Below the pieces are notes generated by a model, which was not told the origin of the DNA, searched no databases, and saw only the letters and a program-made list of their open reading frames with translations. Shown piece after piece: positions 18,981 to 27,622 of a stretch of DNA of 55,635 bases (positions are counted from its first letter, which is position 1; each line of letters begins with the position of its first letter). The translations under genes were made by a program, and so were the position numbers. Source of the DNA: a virus (taxonomy: Duplodnaviria; Caudoviricetes); the IMG/VR virus record IMGVR_UViG_3300003319_000118, positions 1-55,635 of that record. One strand, written 5' to 3'.

Positions 18981-18989
18981 TTGCCGGAA

Positions 18990-19045
18990 ACAGAAAAGAG
19001 GCGCGACCGGAGCCACTAATGCGGCTCAACAATCGCGCCTCTGAT
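18990..19045 (-). promoter_or_regulatory. terminator-like leader hairpin before tail tip gene
   Basis: AGAGGCGCGA...TCGCGCCTCT followed by TTTCTGTTT. Confidence 0.6.
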
Positions 19046-19095
19046 TGAGACACTTTGATAAATTGTGCGGGGGCAAAGAGCGCCCCGGTTGCGGG

Positions 19096-19557
19096 TTAGT
19101 TTAGCATAAGCGAGGGTGCTTTCGCGTTGCTTTCTTCCTTGACTACCCGAGGGCTCTTAATATCTTTCGCTTCGACGTAGCGGAGCTTTTCTTTGTCCTG
19201 CTCAAACTCTTCCTTTGTCGCACGAAATAGCTCGAAGCGAGTGAATAGCTTGCCGGGATGTGCGCGGGCTCTGATGTAGTAAACCTCTCCCGCACGCGCA
19301 TCTATCTCAACTCGGTTCTCTCTCTTCTTTCCGCACTTCACTATCACGAGACCGAGAGGAACACGGGCTATGAAATACCGACCCTCATCAAGCGTTGCTA
19401 ACGCTTCGTCTTTTAGTTCTACTTTTGGAGCAGCCTTGCCAAATGTCGTGTGGTAGAAGTTGCGATAGACGTAGATCGTTGCAAACTCTTCGGTTTGAGC
19501 TTGGGCAGTGAAGGCGTAGGCGAAGATGAGCAGCGCGGACGCGAGCAGTTTTTTCAT
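19096..19557 (-). CDS. secreted DUF2846-like protein (moron)
   Basis: Signal peptide AQA; ATIYVYR..LDEGRYF..GEVYYIR. Confidence 0.7.
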   Translation of the reverse strand: MKKLLASALLIFAYAFTAQAQTEEFATIYVYRNFYHTTFGKAAPKVELKDEALATLDEGRYFIARVPLGLVIVKCGKKRENRVEIDARAGEVYYIRARAHPGKLFTRFELFRATKEEFEQDKEKLRYVEAKDIKSPRVVKEESNAKAPSLMLN

Positions 19558-19564
19558 GGCTTAG

Positions 19565-19861
19565 TCAGCGGGTCGGGATTGACAGGCCGACCCCGAGAAT
19601 CACAAGCACGACTATGAGACACACCGTAACGGCGCTAACGCATATCCAACCCAGCACGATTCCGCCCGCGATAGTGGTCGCCCAAGCCCTTCTATCAACC
19701 ACGACAGCGCCCGCGTCGTAGCGCCTGAAGAAACGACCACAGCGAGGGCAGTGTTCGGCATAGGTCGAGCATTGATGATTGCAGTCGGGGCAGGGGGTCA
19801 GGCGAGCGTTAAGGGACGGCAGTTCGCCCGTATCTCTGACTTGTGCAGGCTGAGGCTCCAT
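19565..19861 (-). CDS. zinc-ribbon membrane protein (moron)
   Basis: CPDC..CPRCG plus C-terminal TM. Confidence 0.7.
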   Translation of the reverse strand: MEPQPAQVRDTGELPSLNARLTPCPDCNHQCSTYAEHCPRCGRFFRRYDAGAVVVDRRAWATTIAGGIVLGWICVSAVTVCLIVVLVILGVGLSIPTR

Positions 19862-19890
19862 GCGGTTGGCTTATATCATGTCCCTGAGAC

Positions 19891-19921
19891 AAAAATAAAG
19901 GGCGGAACCGCAGCCCCACCC
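19891..19921 (-). terminator. intrinsic terminator closing the pentamer array
   Basis: GGGTGGGGC-TGCG-GTTCCGCCC then TTTATTTTT. Confidence 0.75.
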
Positions 19922-19925
19922 CTCA

Positions 19926-20293
19926 TCCTCGCCATGCCATGCCGAACCCCGCCCTACCTGACCCCGCCAATCCCAGCCCCGCCTAGCCTTACCAGACCTA
20001 GCCACGCCGCACCTCGCCGGCCACGCCGCGCCGAGCCTAGCCGTGACTGCCGCGCCAAACCTAACCCGACCTTGCCCGGCCCCGCCTCGCCAGACCATGC
20101 CTTGCCTGCCATGCCGAGCCTAACCGCACCAAGCCCCGCCTCCCATGGCTCGCCCCGCCAAGCCTCACCTCGCCTGCCACGCCATGCCTAACCGTGCCCA
20201 GCCAAACCCGGCCAAACCATGCCGCGCCTGCCCTACTGAGCCACATCTCGCCTCGCCCCACCATACCCGGCCTTGCCTCGGCTGCCCTGCCGC
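19926..20293 (-). ncRNA. GGY-NN pentamer array, VIPR-like guide RNA array
   Basis: About 68 units of GG(C/T)+variable dinucleotide, split by seven 4-nt units (mostly GGCA); starts right after a stop codon and ends at a terminator. Confidence 0.85.
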
Positions 20294-20295
20294 GC

Positions 20296-20550
20296 TTACG
20301 GCGCGATGGCCCGCTCTGCCTTCTCCACGTAGCCGGCCGCTCTTTTCACGCGCGGCTTGTCCGTCTTGCCAGCGAGCCTTTCGAGGGCTTCAAGGCTGCG
20401 CCGGGCCGAACCGATGCGCGCCCGCGCGTCCCGCATCGCGGCGGAGTTGCGGCAGCGGAAGGCGGAGCAGGCGGTGTAGTAAAATATGCAGCGCTCCTCA
20501 CGCGCTGCCCGTATACCATGAAACAACCTATCGTAAAAACCTGTCCTCAC
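20296..20550 (-). pseudogene. probable deletion chimera; C-terminal remnant of the array-associated gene
   Basis: Helical C-term AAMRDARARIGSARRSLEALERL abuts the array; 5' part reads through promoter-like DNA. Confidence 0.45.
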
Positions 20551-20789
20551 GAACTAACCCGCGATGCCCCCAAGTGACCCAACACATCTTTAACGTCCGA
20601 CTGATGCGCCGCCAACAACCCAAGCAGCGTTTGCAGGTCAATAGAGTTTGCATCCATTCCACCATCGTGCCGCGCCTTCCACTCAAACTTAATACTTCCG
20701 TCTCTATAGAACGCCACGCGCGCAGCGTGGTTGCGGCATCCTTCGCGCCGACACGGGACAGGTAAGACAAGCGTCGGTGCTTCGTTCAT
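20547..20789 (-). CDS. small Cys/His zinc-finger-like protein
   Basis: CRREGC...RHDGG; similar to 33175..33387. Confidence 0.65.
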   Translation of the reverse strand: MNEAPTLVLPVPCRREGCRNHAARVAFYRDGSIKFEWKARHDGGMDANSIDLQTLLGLLAAHQSDVKDVLGHLGASRVSS

Positions 20790-21250
20790 CCCTCACCCCA
20801 TAAAACCGGGATGCGGTAGCACGCTCTGAATATTTTGATCCAACGGTCGCTGAACGGTTGGACGGAAACCCGGCCGTGCGGGAAGCCGGGTTCGGGTTGG
20901 CTGGATGGATGCAGGATAAGGGGCGGGTCGTCGTCTGTTAGCCGGACGCCGATGTGACGCATACGGAGTGAAGGTCTGAAGAGATAGATGTCTCCCGCGC
21001 GCGCCTCTTCTTCGGTGAGCCTGACTAGATGCGTCTCAAGCGTTGACTCAATCAGCTTGTAATCGTGCGAATCGGGTCTATAGGTGTTCGGGATGTCAAT
21101 GGGAAGCGTGTAGCCTTGCAGCCCGAGCAGATAAGGTACGACGTGCAGGCAGTCTATCCCTCCGTTGAAGGGATCGCGGCCTTGATGCAGGAAGGGCGTG
21201 CCTTCAATGGCCCACGCATCGCGGATAAATTGTTCTCTGCTCAGGCTCAT
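20786..21250 (-). CDS. NlpC/P60 tail-associated peptidase
   Basis: GTPFLHQGR..GIDC..GDIYLF..HIGV. Confidence 0.88.
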   Translation of the reverse strand: MSLSREQFIRDAWAIEGTPFLHQGRDPFNGGIDCLHVVPYLLGLQGYTLPIDIPNTYRPDSHDYKLIESTLETHLVRLTEEEARAGDIYLFRPSLRMRHIGVRLTDDDPPLILHPSSQPEPGFPHGRVSVQPFSDRWIKIFRACYRIPVLWGEG

Positions 21251-22155
21251 CCTTCCACCACACGCATAGCGGCCTCCAAAGGCACATAGGGCATCCCGCG
21301 AAAGTTAAGTCCGTTGTTAAAGGTTCCTACGCAATCTTCCGCGAATCTTTTCCTACACCCTCTTGTCGCCTTCACCGTGTCCGATGTAGTCATCGGATAA
21401 GGAACAGGTAAGTGCAAAGTAAATTCACCGTTTGACGTGTCGTAAGATTTGACACGATAGGCAGGGAACCCGGCGTTACCGCCAGTCTCAATCTCAATCA
21501 ACCCATTGGTGAAGTAGTCGGCACCTTTGCCTGCCAGACTCGATACTCTGAACACGGTCTGACTCGTGACGGTCGTGATGGCTTTGCCGGTGAAGACGTA
21601 GCCGAGCGCTACAAGATTCAGCCCACAGCGCGCATCACCAAACTCTGCGTCGCACAGCGGTGAGGTCTGACGGCCGATCTGTTGCTGTAGCGCGTTATTG
21701 ATGCCCTTCGCCTCAGCCGTGAACGAGAGCGGGACTTGAATCTTGATGTCTGCAAGTCTGCCGCCTGAGACGGGTAGAACCAGCTCGCCCATTGTCGGCG
21801 CTTCGTAGTTGAGGAGAAACGCATCTACTACCGCACCCTGCCATTTCGGTGTGTTAAGTTCCGCCTCGGTGATTCCGGCCGAGGCGAGAAGGGCGGTCAG
21901 TTCAATATTTGAAGCGTGAGCGCCCGCGGCCGTCTCTAACTGTGAAGCAGCCACACCTGTTGAGTTTTTGAACGTCACGCCGGGGTGTCCCGAGAGCCCC
22001 GTGATGTCGAATGAGGCAGTAGTGAAGGCGATGACCGAGCCGACTTGTGGGGTGACTTTCACGCAGACGGCCATCGTCGACGATGCACCGGCGTAATGGT
22101 CATGCAGCGAATTAGCCGTATACGGCCCTGAGTAATTTCTGATAGCTCGGGTCAT
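21247..22155 (-). CDS. baseplate hub protein (DUF2163)
   Basis: CDAEFGDARCG, YFTNG, GCRKRFAEDC..FNNGLNFRGMPYVP. Confidence 0.88.
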   Translation of the reverse strand: MTRAIRNYSGPYTANSLHDHYAGASSTMAVCVKVTPQVGSVIAFTTASFDITGLSGHPGVTFKNSTGVAASQLETAAGAHASNIELTALLASAGITEAELNTPKWQGAVVDAFLLNYEAPTMGELVLPVSGGRLADIKIQVPLSFTAEAKGINNALQQQIGRQTSPLCDAEFGDARCGLNLVALGYVFTGKAITTVTSQTVFRVSSLAGKGADYFTNGLIEIETGGNAGFPAYRVKSYDTSNGEFTLHLPVPYPMTTSDTVKATRGCRKRFAEDCVGTFNNGLNFRGMPYVPLEAAMRVVEG

Positions 22156-22787
22156 GCGTAATCGCGAGTCTCCACTAATCTCACCGGCTCGGTCTGTACC
22201 AACTGACGGCCACCATCAACCCACATAAATAAATCCCCGAAGTCGGACGCCGAAATATCCCACCTCGCGGCGTGGTAGAACTGACCCGTCCACGTCAGCG
22301 CCGTACCCGTGCCGGGGAAGTGTCCCGCCAACCACGTCACCAGCCCCGTCCCGTTGGCGATGGTGTAGTCTGTCCCTCTGACCTTCGCCACGGCATTCAC
22401 GAATAGCGTCTCTGAGTTCGGGACAATCAAATAGGTCTCGCGCGCATAAGCATTACCTGAATCACCTCTGGCTACCTTCAACTGAAACGGCCCCGCCGTG
22501 TTGTCGCCCGTGCCGAAGGCGTCCACGGTGGCCGTGTAGTCTGAATAATCTAAAAAAGGAAAAGAGCGCGTGCGGCCCCTTCGGGCGTTGAGGTGGTTCC
22601 TGAGTGCCTGAAACTGCGCGAGCGTGATGGTTGGGGCGAAAGAAACTTCCCACTCCTTCAAAGCGTCTGCCCACCACGCTGTTCGCGTCTCTGCACCACC
22701 ACCCGCCGCGACAACCGTATCCGACCAGCGGTCAGCGGAGCGGACGCGGGCAGGTGTGACAGGGAGTAGGACATTGTCGAAGGCCAA
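22152..22787 (-). CDS. distal tail protein (DUF2460)
   Basis: GAETRTAWW, ARRGRTRSFPFLDYSDY, FGTGD..FQL. Confidence 0.88.
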   Translation of the reverse strand: MAFDNVLLPVTPARVRSADRWSDTVVAAGGGAETRTAWWADALKEWEVSFAPTITLAQFQALRNHLNARRGRTRSFPFLDYSDYTATVDAFGTGDNTAGPFQLKVARGDSGNAYARETYLIVPNSETLFVNAVAKVRGTDYTIANGTGLVTWLAGHFPGTGTALTWTGQFYHAARWDISASDFGDLFMWVDGGRQLVQTEPVRLVETRDYA

Positions 22788-22789
22788 AA

Positions 22790-25213
22790 TTAATATCCCG
22801 GGTCGAAGCCGAGGGCGCGCTTTGTCTTGCGAGCTATTTGATTCTGTGTCTCACGCGGGACGTTCCCGCCCGGCGCCGTGATATGAAAGTTGATTGTGAC
22901 GCCACCACCCCGCCTCTGCTGCCCCGGCGTCTCTACTGTGACTCTCTCCCCCCGCGTCGCCATAAAGCCCACGGGCGTCTTGTCCGTCCCTCCTGAACCT
23001 CCAACGATGAATGAGCCGCCCGCAGCGAAGCCCGTGAACTTTCCGCCCGCAGTGAAGCCTCCGCCCCCGTGTGCCGGCGCGAGAGTTCCGCCAAGCACAC
23101 CGCCGGCAATATTGAGGATGGCACCCCACACGGCGGACGCCGCGGCTTGGGCAGCCATCTGTTGCATGGCTTGAAGGAAGGCCAGCCCCATGTTGCCGAG
23201 CGCCGACTTCCAGCCATCTTGCAGAGACATGAAGAAGCGGGCGAAGATTTGGTCGCCGTTTTGAGCCATGTCTAAAAGCCCGTTCTGCCACTCTTCGCGC
23301 CAACTCCTCATCCCCTCCCGAATCGCTTGGAACTGCTCGCGGAAGTCGGCCCAGTAATCCACCTGAAAATCTGATAACCCGCGGCGCTTGCCCCCGGTCT
23401 GGCCCATACCGGGTTCTGCTACGCCGTAGCGGGTGACAGTGGAGGGCTTCAAAAGGTCTTCCGAGTTGAAGCCCTTCCCTGCCTCCTTATTGGCGGCTAT
23501 CAGTTTCATGTGGACTTCCAACTGCTCTTTGGCCGCATCGGTGGCGCGTATCTGCGCCTCTCGCATCGCCCACATGGCTTCGCCCAATTCTTGAGCCGAG
23601 CCCGTCAACTTCCCGATGCCGAGGCGCTGGTACTCTGTCGCAACCTGCTGGTCAACTGAGGACTGCGTGAAGCTTTTCAGTTCAAGGTCGCCATCGGCCA
23701 GCGCCCGCGCCAGCGACTCAAGTATCTGTTGCTGCTCGTCAAACGCCTTATTGGTGGCCTCCACGGCCGCCTGCGTGGCTTTGTTTTGCAGTTGGAGATG
23801 AAGGTGAGGCCCAGACCACACCTTCTGCCCCTCGGGTCGTGTGCGCTCATCTCGCACACCGTACCCGGCCTGACGTGCAGCTGCCATGAATCTTTCGATC
23901 TCTTCGACTGACTTGCCGCGCACGCTCACGTCCATCGCACGGCCGTCGTAGTGAGCACTTCCCTTATTATGCTTCCCGCCCAGGAGGGCAGTGACGGTGA
24001 AGTCCCATTCCTTAGCGAAGGCTTTGAGCTTGTCGAGTTCATCCTTCCGCGCCTTCTGGCCTTCCTTGCCGGGGGTGAAGAAGTCAGACACGTCCCTTTT
24101 AGGCGCGACGGCCGCCGCATTCTTGCTCCTCAGTCGTGCCATTTCGTTGGCAAGGTCTTGTGAGTTACCGATAATATCCCCGGCGCGTGACTGCGCACCC
24201 ATCCCGCGGATTTGACGGTAGAGTTGAATGAGGGGATTAGTCTCCGCGTTCAGTTCCCATAGCCAGCCTACACTCTGGCGGAAGCCCTTCCCGAACTCCG
24301 AATCGTAAGCCTCCCGCAAACCACGTAACACGTCAGCGACCTCTGCTCCCCATTCCCGCCAGCGCCCCGCATTGACTTGGAGGGCATCGGTCATCTCGGC
24401 CATGCCGCCGGTAATCTCGGGGACGAACTCAATGCCGAAGTTGCGACCCGCGATAGTTGCCGCGTTTGAGAGCGCGTCCAACTGGTCGCCAAACTCATCG
24501 GCCGCGTTGGCGGCCTCCGTGCTCATCACGCGCCCCGCGCGCTCAGACTCGGCTATCACTCCATTGAGGTCGCCCTTCGTATCCGCGAGAAAGACCGACA
24601 GTTCCTTGAAGCCCTTGCCCATCACCTTCGAGCCTGCGGCGTTACGTTGGCCCGCCGACTCCATTTGGCCGAGGGACTTGATGACCGTGCGTAGACTCCC
24701 GTCCGTATCGTTTAGCGCCGCCCTCACGTCCTTGATGCCCAGAGCGGCGAACGCCCTTTGCAGCTCTTTATTGCCGGATGCAGCTTCGCCTAGATTCTTC
24801 TGAAGGAAGACGGCGGCGCGTGCAAGCGCGTCCATGTCCGTGCCGGATTGTTTTAGTTGGAGTTGTAAGCCTGAGAAGGTTTCGACTGAGACACCGGTCT
24901 GTAAAGATAGGTCGTGGAACTTAGACCCCGCTTCGGCCGCCCCCTTCGCCATGTCAAAGAAGAAGCCGCCGATGTCTTTCGCGATGTCTAGCCCCGCCTT
25001 GATGTTAGCGAGATTTGAGCCGATGGATTGGAAGGTGCCTTGGAGTGAGGAGAAGCCGCTTTTTATCTTGTCGCCAAAGGAAAGTTTCTCGCCGGTCTTC
25101 TCGGCCTCACGAGCTACGTCTTTTAGTTTATCCTCGACACGCTTCGCCCCGCGCTCGAACCCTGCGGTATCGGCGCCGAACGAGACCATGAGTTCTTCGA
25201 GACTGACCGCCAC
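22790..25213 (-). CDS. tape measure protein with embedded peptidase-like domain
   Basis: 807 aa, Ala/Gly-rich helical; GKHNKGSAHYDGRAMD..PHLH; C-term FAAGGSF. Confidence 0.9.
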   Translation of the reverse strand: MAVSLEELMVSFGADTAGFERGAKRVEDKLKDVAREAEKTGEKLSFGDKIKSGFSSLQGTFQSIGSNLANIKAGLDIAKDIGGFFFDMAKGAAEAGSKFHDLSLQTGVSVETFSGLQLQLKQSGTDMDALARAAVFLQKNLGEAASGNKELQRAFAALGIKDVRAALNDTDGSLRTVIKSLGQMESAGQRNAAGSKVMGKGFKELSVFLADTKGDLNGVIAESERAGRVMSTEAANAADEFGDQLDALSNAATIAGRNFGIEFVPEITGGMAEMTDALQVNAGRWREWGAEVADVLRGLREAYDSEFGKGFRQSVGWLWELNAETNPLIQLYRQIRGMGAQSRAGDIIGNSQDLANEMARLRSKNAAAVAPKRDVSDFFTPGKEGQKARKDELDKLKAFAKEWDFTVTALLGGKHNKGSAHYDGRAMDVSVRGKSVEEIERFMAAARQAGYGVRDERTRPEGQKVWSGPHLHLQLQNKATQAAVEATNKAFDEQQQILESLARALADGDLELKSFTQSSVDQQVATEYQRLGIGKLTGSAQELGEAMWAMREAQIRATDAAKEQLEVHMKLIAANKEAGKGFNSEDLLKPSTVTRYGVAEPGMGQTGGKRRGLSDFQVDYWADFREQFQAIREGMRSWREEWQNGLLDMAQNGDQIFARFFMSLQDGWKSALGNMGLAFLQAMQQMAAQAAASAVWGAILNIAGGVLGGTLAPAHGGGGFTAGGKFTGFAAGGSFIVGGSGGTDKTPVGFMATRGERVTVETPGQQRRGGGVTINFHITAPGGNVPRETQNQIARKTKRALGFDPGY

Positions 25214-25214
25214 A

Positions 25215-25470
25215 CTACCCTCTTACCTTTGCTTTCTGCTTGTCCTGCTCATGCTTGAACTCTAAATAGTCCCGCTCGGCGTAGGCCGCCACACAAGCCG
25301 CATCAATCAGGGTTTGGTCTCTTCTGTCCATCAACTCGGTTGCCGAAGCGTTCAGCCAGTCGGCCGCCGTCTTGTAAGAACGGAGCAACAGATACAGCGG
25401 CTCGGGGCAGTCTCCGCCGCCGCCCTCTATCAGCCATTTGGCGAGGGCGACGGCTCGGAAGGGACTTGCT
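25215..25470 (-). CDS. tail assembly chaperone frameshift extension (gpT-like)
   Basis: Start-less -1 frame ORF LAKWLIEG...KAKVRG* ending 1 nt before the TMP start. Confidence 0.6.
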
Positions 25471-25819
25471 CATCGGGCTTGCCGAAGACGGCTTGACGCA
25501 AAGGCTCGAAGTATCTGCCGCGCAGTCGCACAAGCGTCGTTACGTTCAGGGGTAGCGGCTCCGTCCCACCGTCCGCCAGGTAGCGCCAGTCCCAACACTT
25601 GAGTCGCATAGCGAGCATGACGGCATTGCGGAAGAAGGGGGTCGCGTTCTCATCCGCCGCCCCTTCGATGTCCTCTTTCGTCACGCGCCCCGACTCAAGG
25701 GCTTCCGACTGCATCCCTACGGAGTCGTAGAGGTAGAAGGTCAGGTGAACCTCTTCATCCCCAACCTCGATTACGTCGTCTTTCGTCTCGTTGACGAGTT
25801 CTTCCAGTTTGAGCGGCAT
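25430..25819 (-). CDS. tail assembly chaperone (gpG-like)
   Basis: Lies between tail tube and TMP; LKCWDW. Confidence 0.7.
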   Translation of the reverse strand: MPLKLEELVNETKDDVIEVGDEEVHLTFYLYDSVGMQSEALESGRVTKEDIEGAADENATPFFRNAVMLAMRLKCWDWRYLADGGTEPLPLNVTTLVRLRGRYFEPLRQAVFGKPDEQVPSEPSPSPNG

Positions 25820-25822
25820 AAC

Positions 25823-26260
25823 TTAGTTGGTCGTAAACGTCACGTCCCCCGTGCACTCAAAGTTGGCGCTGATCTTCAACTTGTCACCGACCGCGATGGG
25901 CAGCGTCCAGCTAACCATGTGCGCCTCGCCCGTGAACTTCGGATAGCCCGAGGTCGTGCCTTCGGGGCTGATGTCGAAAGAGACAGAGCCGCCGCCCGAG
26001 AGTCCGCCGTAGATACCTTTGATATGGTTGTAGATGGTCGGCGTGCCGCCTGTTCGGTCGTAGACGAAATCAATGGAAAAACTGCCGTCCTTGAGCGTCA
26101 GAACGCGCGACTGCGACGAGGAGCCGAGAGTAGTAGTCAACTCCCGCCCGATCTCGAAACTCGGGTTGAAGCTCTCCACGTAGGGCGAGATGTCCGTCAG
26201 CGACCCCGCCGAGTTGTCGAGTTTCACCACGGCCGATTTGCCGGCTACACCTGCTGCCAT
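25823..26260 (-). CDS. tail tube protein
   Basis: LTDISPYV, LKDGSFSI, SPEGTTSGYPKFTGE, ISANFECTG. Confidence 0.8.
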   Translation of the reverse strand: MAAGVAGKSAVVKLDNSAGSLTDISPYVESFNPSFEIGRELTTTLGSSSQSRVLTLKDGSFSIDFVYDRTGGTPTIYNHIKGIYGGLSGGGSVSFDISPEGTTSGYPKFTGEAHMVSWTLPIAVGDKLKISANFECTGDVTFTTN

Positions 26261-26268
26261 AAGTCCTC

Positions 26269-27003
26269 CTACCGCCGGGCGAACGCCAGCGTGCTTGTAA
26301 TTGAAGTCGTCGTCCCGCCGAACGTCCTCACCGCACGGAGATGCCGGTTGACGGTTGTACCTGCCGCTACCTCAAGACGCTGGGCTCCCGCGGCCGTCTG
26401 CGCCGTAAACGTCGCCCCCGAAAGGTCGGCCCACGTCGAGCCGTCCGTGGAGTGCTGCACCTTCCACGTAACCGAAGGTGACGCTCCGGCAATCGCCGTC
26501 GTATGCAGGACGGCCACGCCCCCGTTCGTGGTGGCCGCGCCGTTGTCCACGTCCGTTCCGTTGCCCGTGCCGGTGACGGCCGCGAGGTCTTGCAGGGAGA
26601 CACCAAAGTCAACGGCATCCTCCGCGCTCTCAAGGTAGGCCGAGACAGAAGTGAGGTCGTCGTACTTTACAGAATCATCGAACTTCGATTCGTTCGCATA
26701 GCAGAGTTCAGCCGGGTATCCGGCGGTGAACCCTTCGGGGTAGACAGTGGCAATCTTCGGAGTGGCCGAACCGAGCGCCGAAGAGAACACGTCGTAGGCT
26801 TCACCCGTCGCTCTGGTGAAGAGTCCTGAGACCTGCACCCCGCCCGTGGAGATGCCCAACTGTTTCGTGCGTGAGGACTGACCGAGCGTGGTGTTGTCGT
26901 ACGTGCCGAAACTCGCCTCCCGCGAAATCTCACGCAGCAGCGATGAGATGTCGTACTGGTTGACGACGAGTTTCGAGTTGACGGTATTGACGCCCGCAGC
27001 CAT
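26269..27003 (-). CDS. tail-tube-like structural protein with extra C-terminal domain
   Basis: YDISS..YDNTTLGQSSR parallels the tube protein; VQHSTDGSTWADL. Confidence 0.65.
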   Translation of the reverse strand: MAAGVNTVNSKLVVNQYDISSLLREISREASFGTYDNTTLGQSSRTKQLGISTGGVQVSGLFTRATGEAYDVFSSALGSATPKIATVYPEGFTAGYPAELCYANESKFDDSVKYDDLTSVSAYLESAEDAVDFGVSLQDLAAVTGTGNGTDVDNGAATTNGGVAVLHTTAIAGASPSVTWKVQHSTDGSTWADLSGATFTAQTAAGAQRLEVAAGTTVNRHLRAVRTFGGTTTSITSTLAFARR

Positions 27004-27221
27004 TACTTATCCTCTACGGGCCTGACGGCCCCGATGTGGATTAAACTTTTCAGGTCGATGTGCGGCGGCAACTCTTCGGCTCCTACTTCTGTACCCTCTT
27101 CGTAGCGCGCGCCCGGGTGCCCGTCTTTCGGGTCAACCGTGACGCCCGCGTTGAAGTGGTAGGTAATGCGGTCGGCCGCTTTCTTCACCGCCTTGGTTGA
27201 TGCCTTTCGTATCATCGTCAA
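27003..27221 (-). CDS. small virion-associated protein
   Basis: Coupled ORF in the late operon. Confidence 0.55.
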   Translation of the reverse strand: MTMIRKASTKAVKKAADRITYHFNAGVTVDPKDGHPGARYEEGTEVGAEELPPHIDLKSLIHIGAVRPVEDK

Positions 27222-27487
27222 CGCCCCGCAACCGCCCGAAGTTGATTTGCTCGCTCCGCTTCAAACTTCGCATAGTCTCCCTCGGCGCGGGCAGCAATTA
27301 AGGCAAACTCAAACACATCCGGCGGTAGCGCTCTGGCCTCTACTACCGAGCAGCACATCACTTCGGCCACTGTGCGACAGTCGCGCAAGTGCGCGTAGTC
27401 GGGTTCCGGAGATTCGCCTTGCTCGTCACGGATGAGCCATTCAGTTAAAGCCTCTACTCTTTCTTTGGTTGTATTCTTCTTAGGCAT
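27218..27487 (-). CDS. hypothetical protein
   Basis: Coupled ORF. Confidence 0.55.
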   Translation of the reverse strand: MPKKNTTKERVEALTEWLIRDEQGESPEPDYAHLRDCRTVAEVMCCSVVEARALPPDVFEFALIAARAEGDYAKFEAERANQLRAVAGR

Positions 27488-27622
27488 CGTCCATCCCCGC
27501 CAGCCAATTCAAGACCCGCGCCAGCATCTCGTCCGGGTCGTCCGACAGGTCAACGCCTGCGGCCTCAAACGCACGCTTAAGCAACTCGTTCTCCTGCCGC
27601 GCCTCCCGGGACTCTTCGTCCA

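Noticed and set aside
13571-19016. Diversity-generating retroelement acting on fibre genes
   Set aside because: No reverse transcriptase ORF and no TR/VR pair noticed.
19926-20293. CRISPR array or microsatellite interpretation
   Set aside because: No 23-50 bp repeats with spacers and no cas genes; adjacent units differ at NN, unlike slippage repeats.
19751-20765. Pro/Arg- and Gly/Arg/Trp-rich ORFs over the pentamer array
   Set aside because: Low-complexity products of a stop-poor 5-nt repeat, open in several frames on both strands, no RBS.
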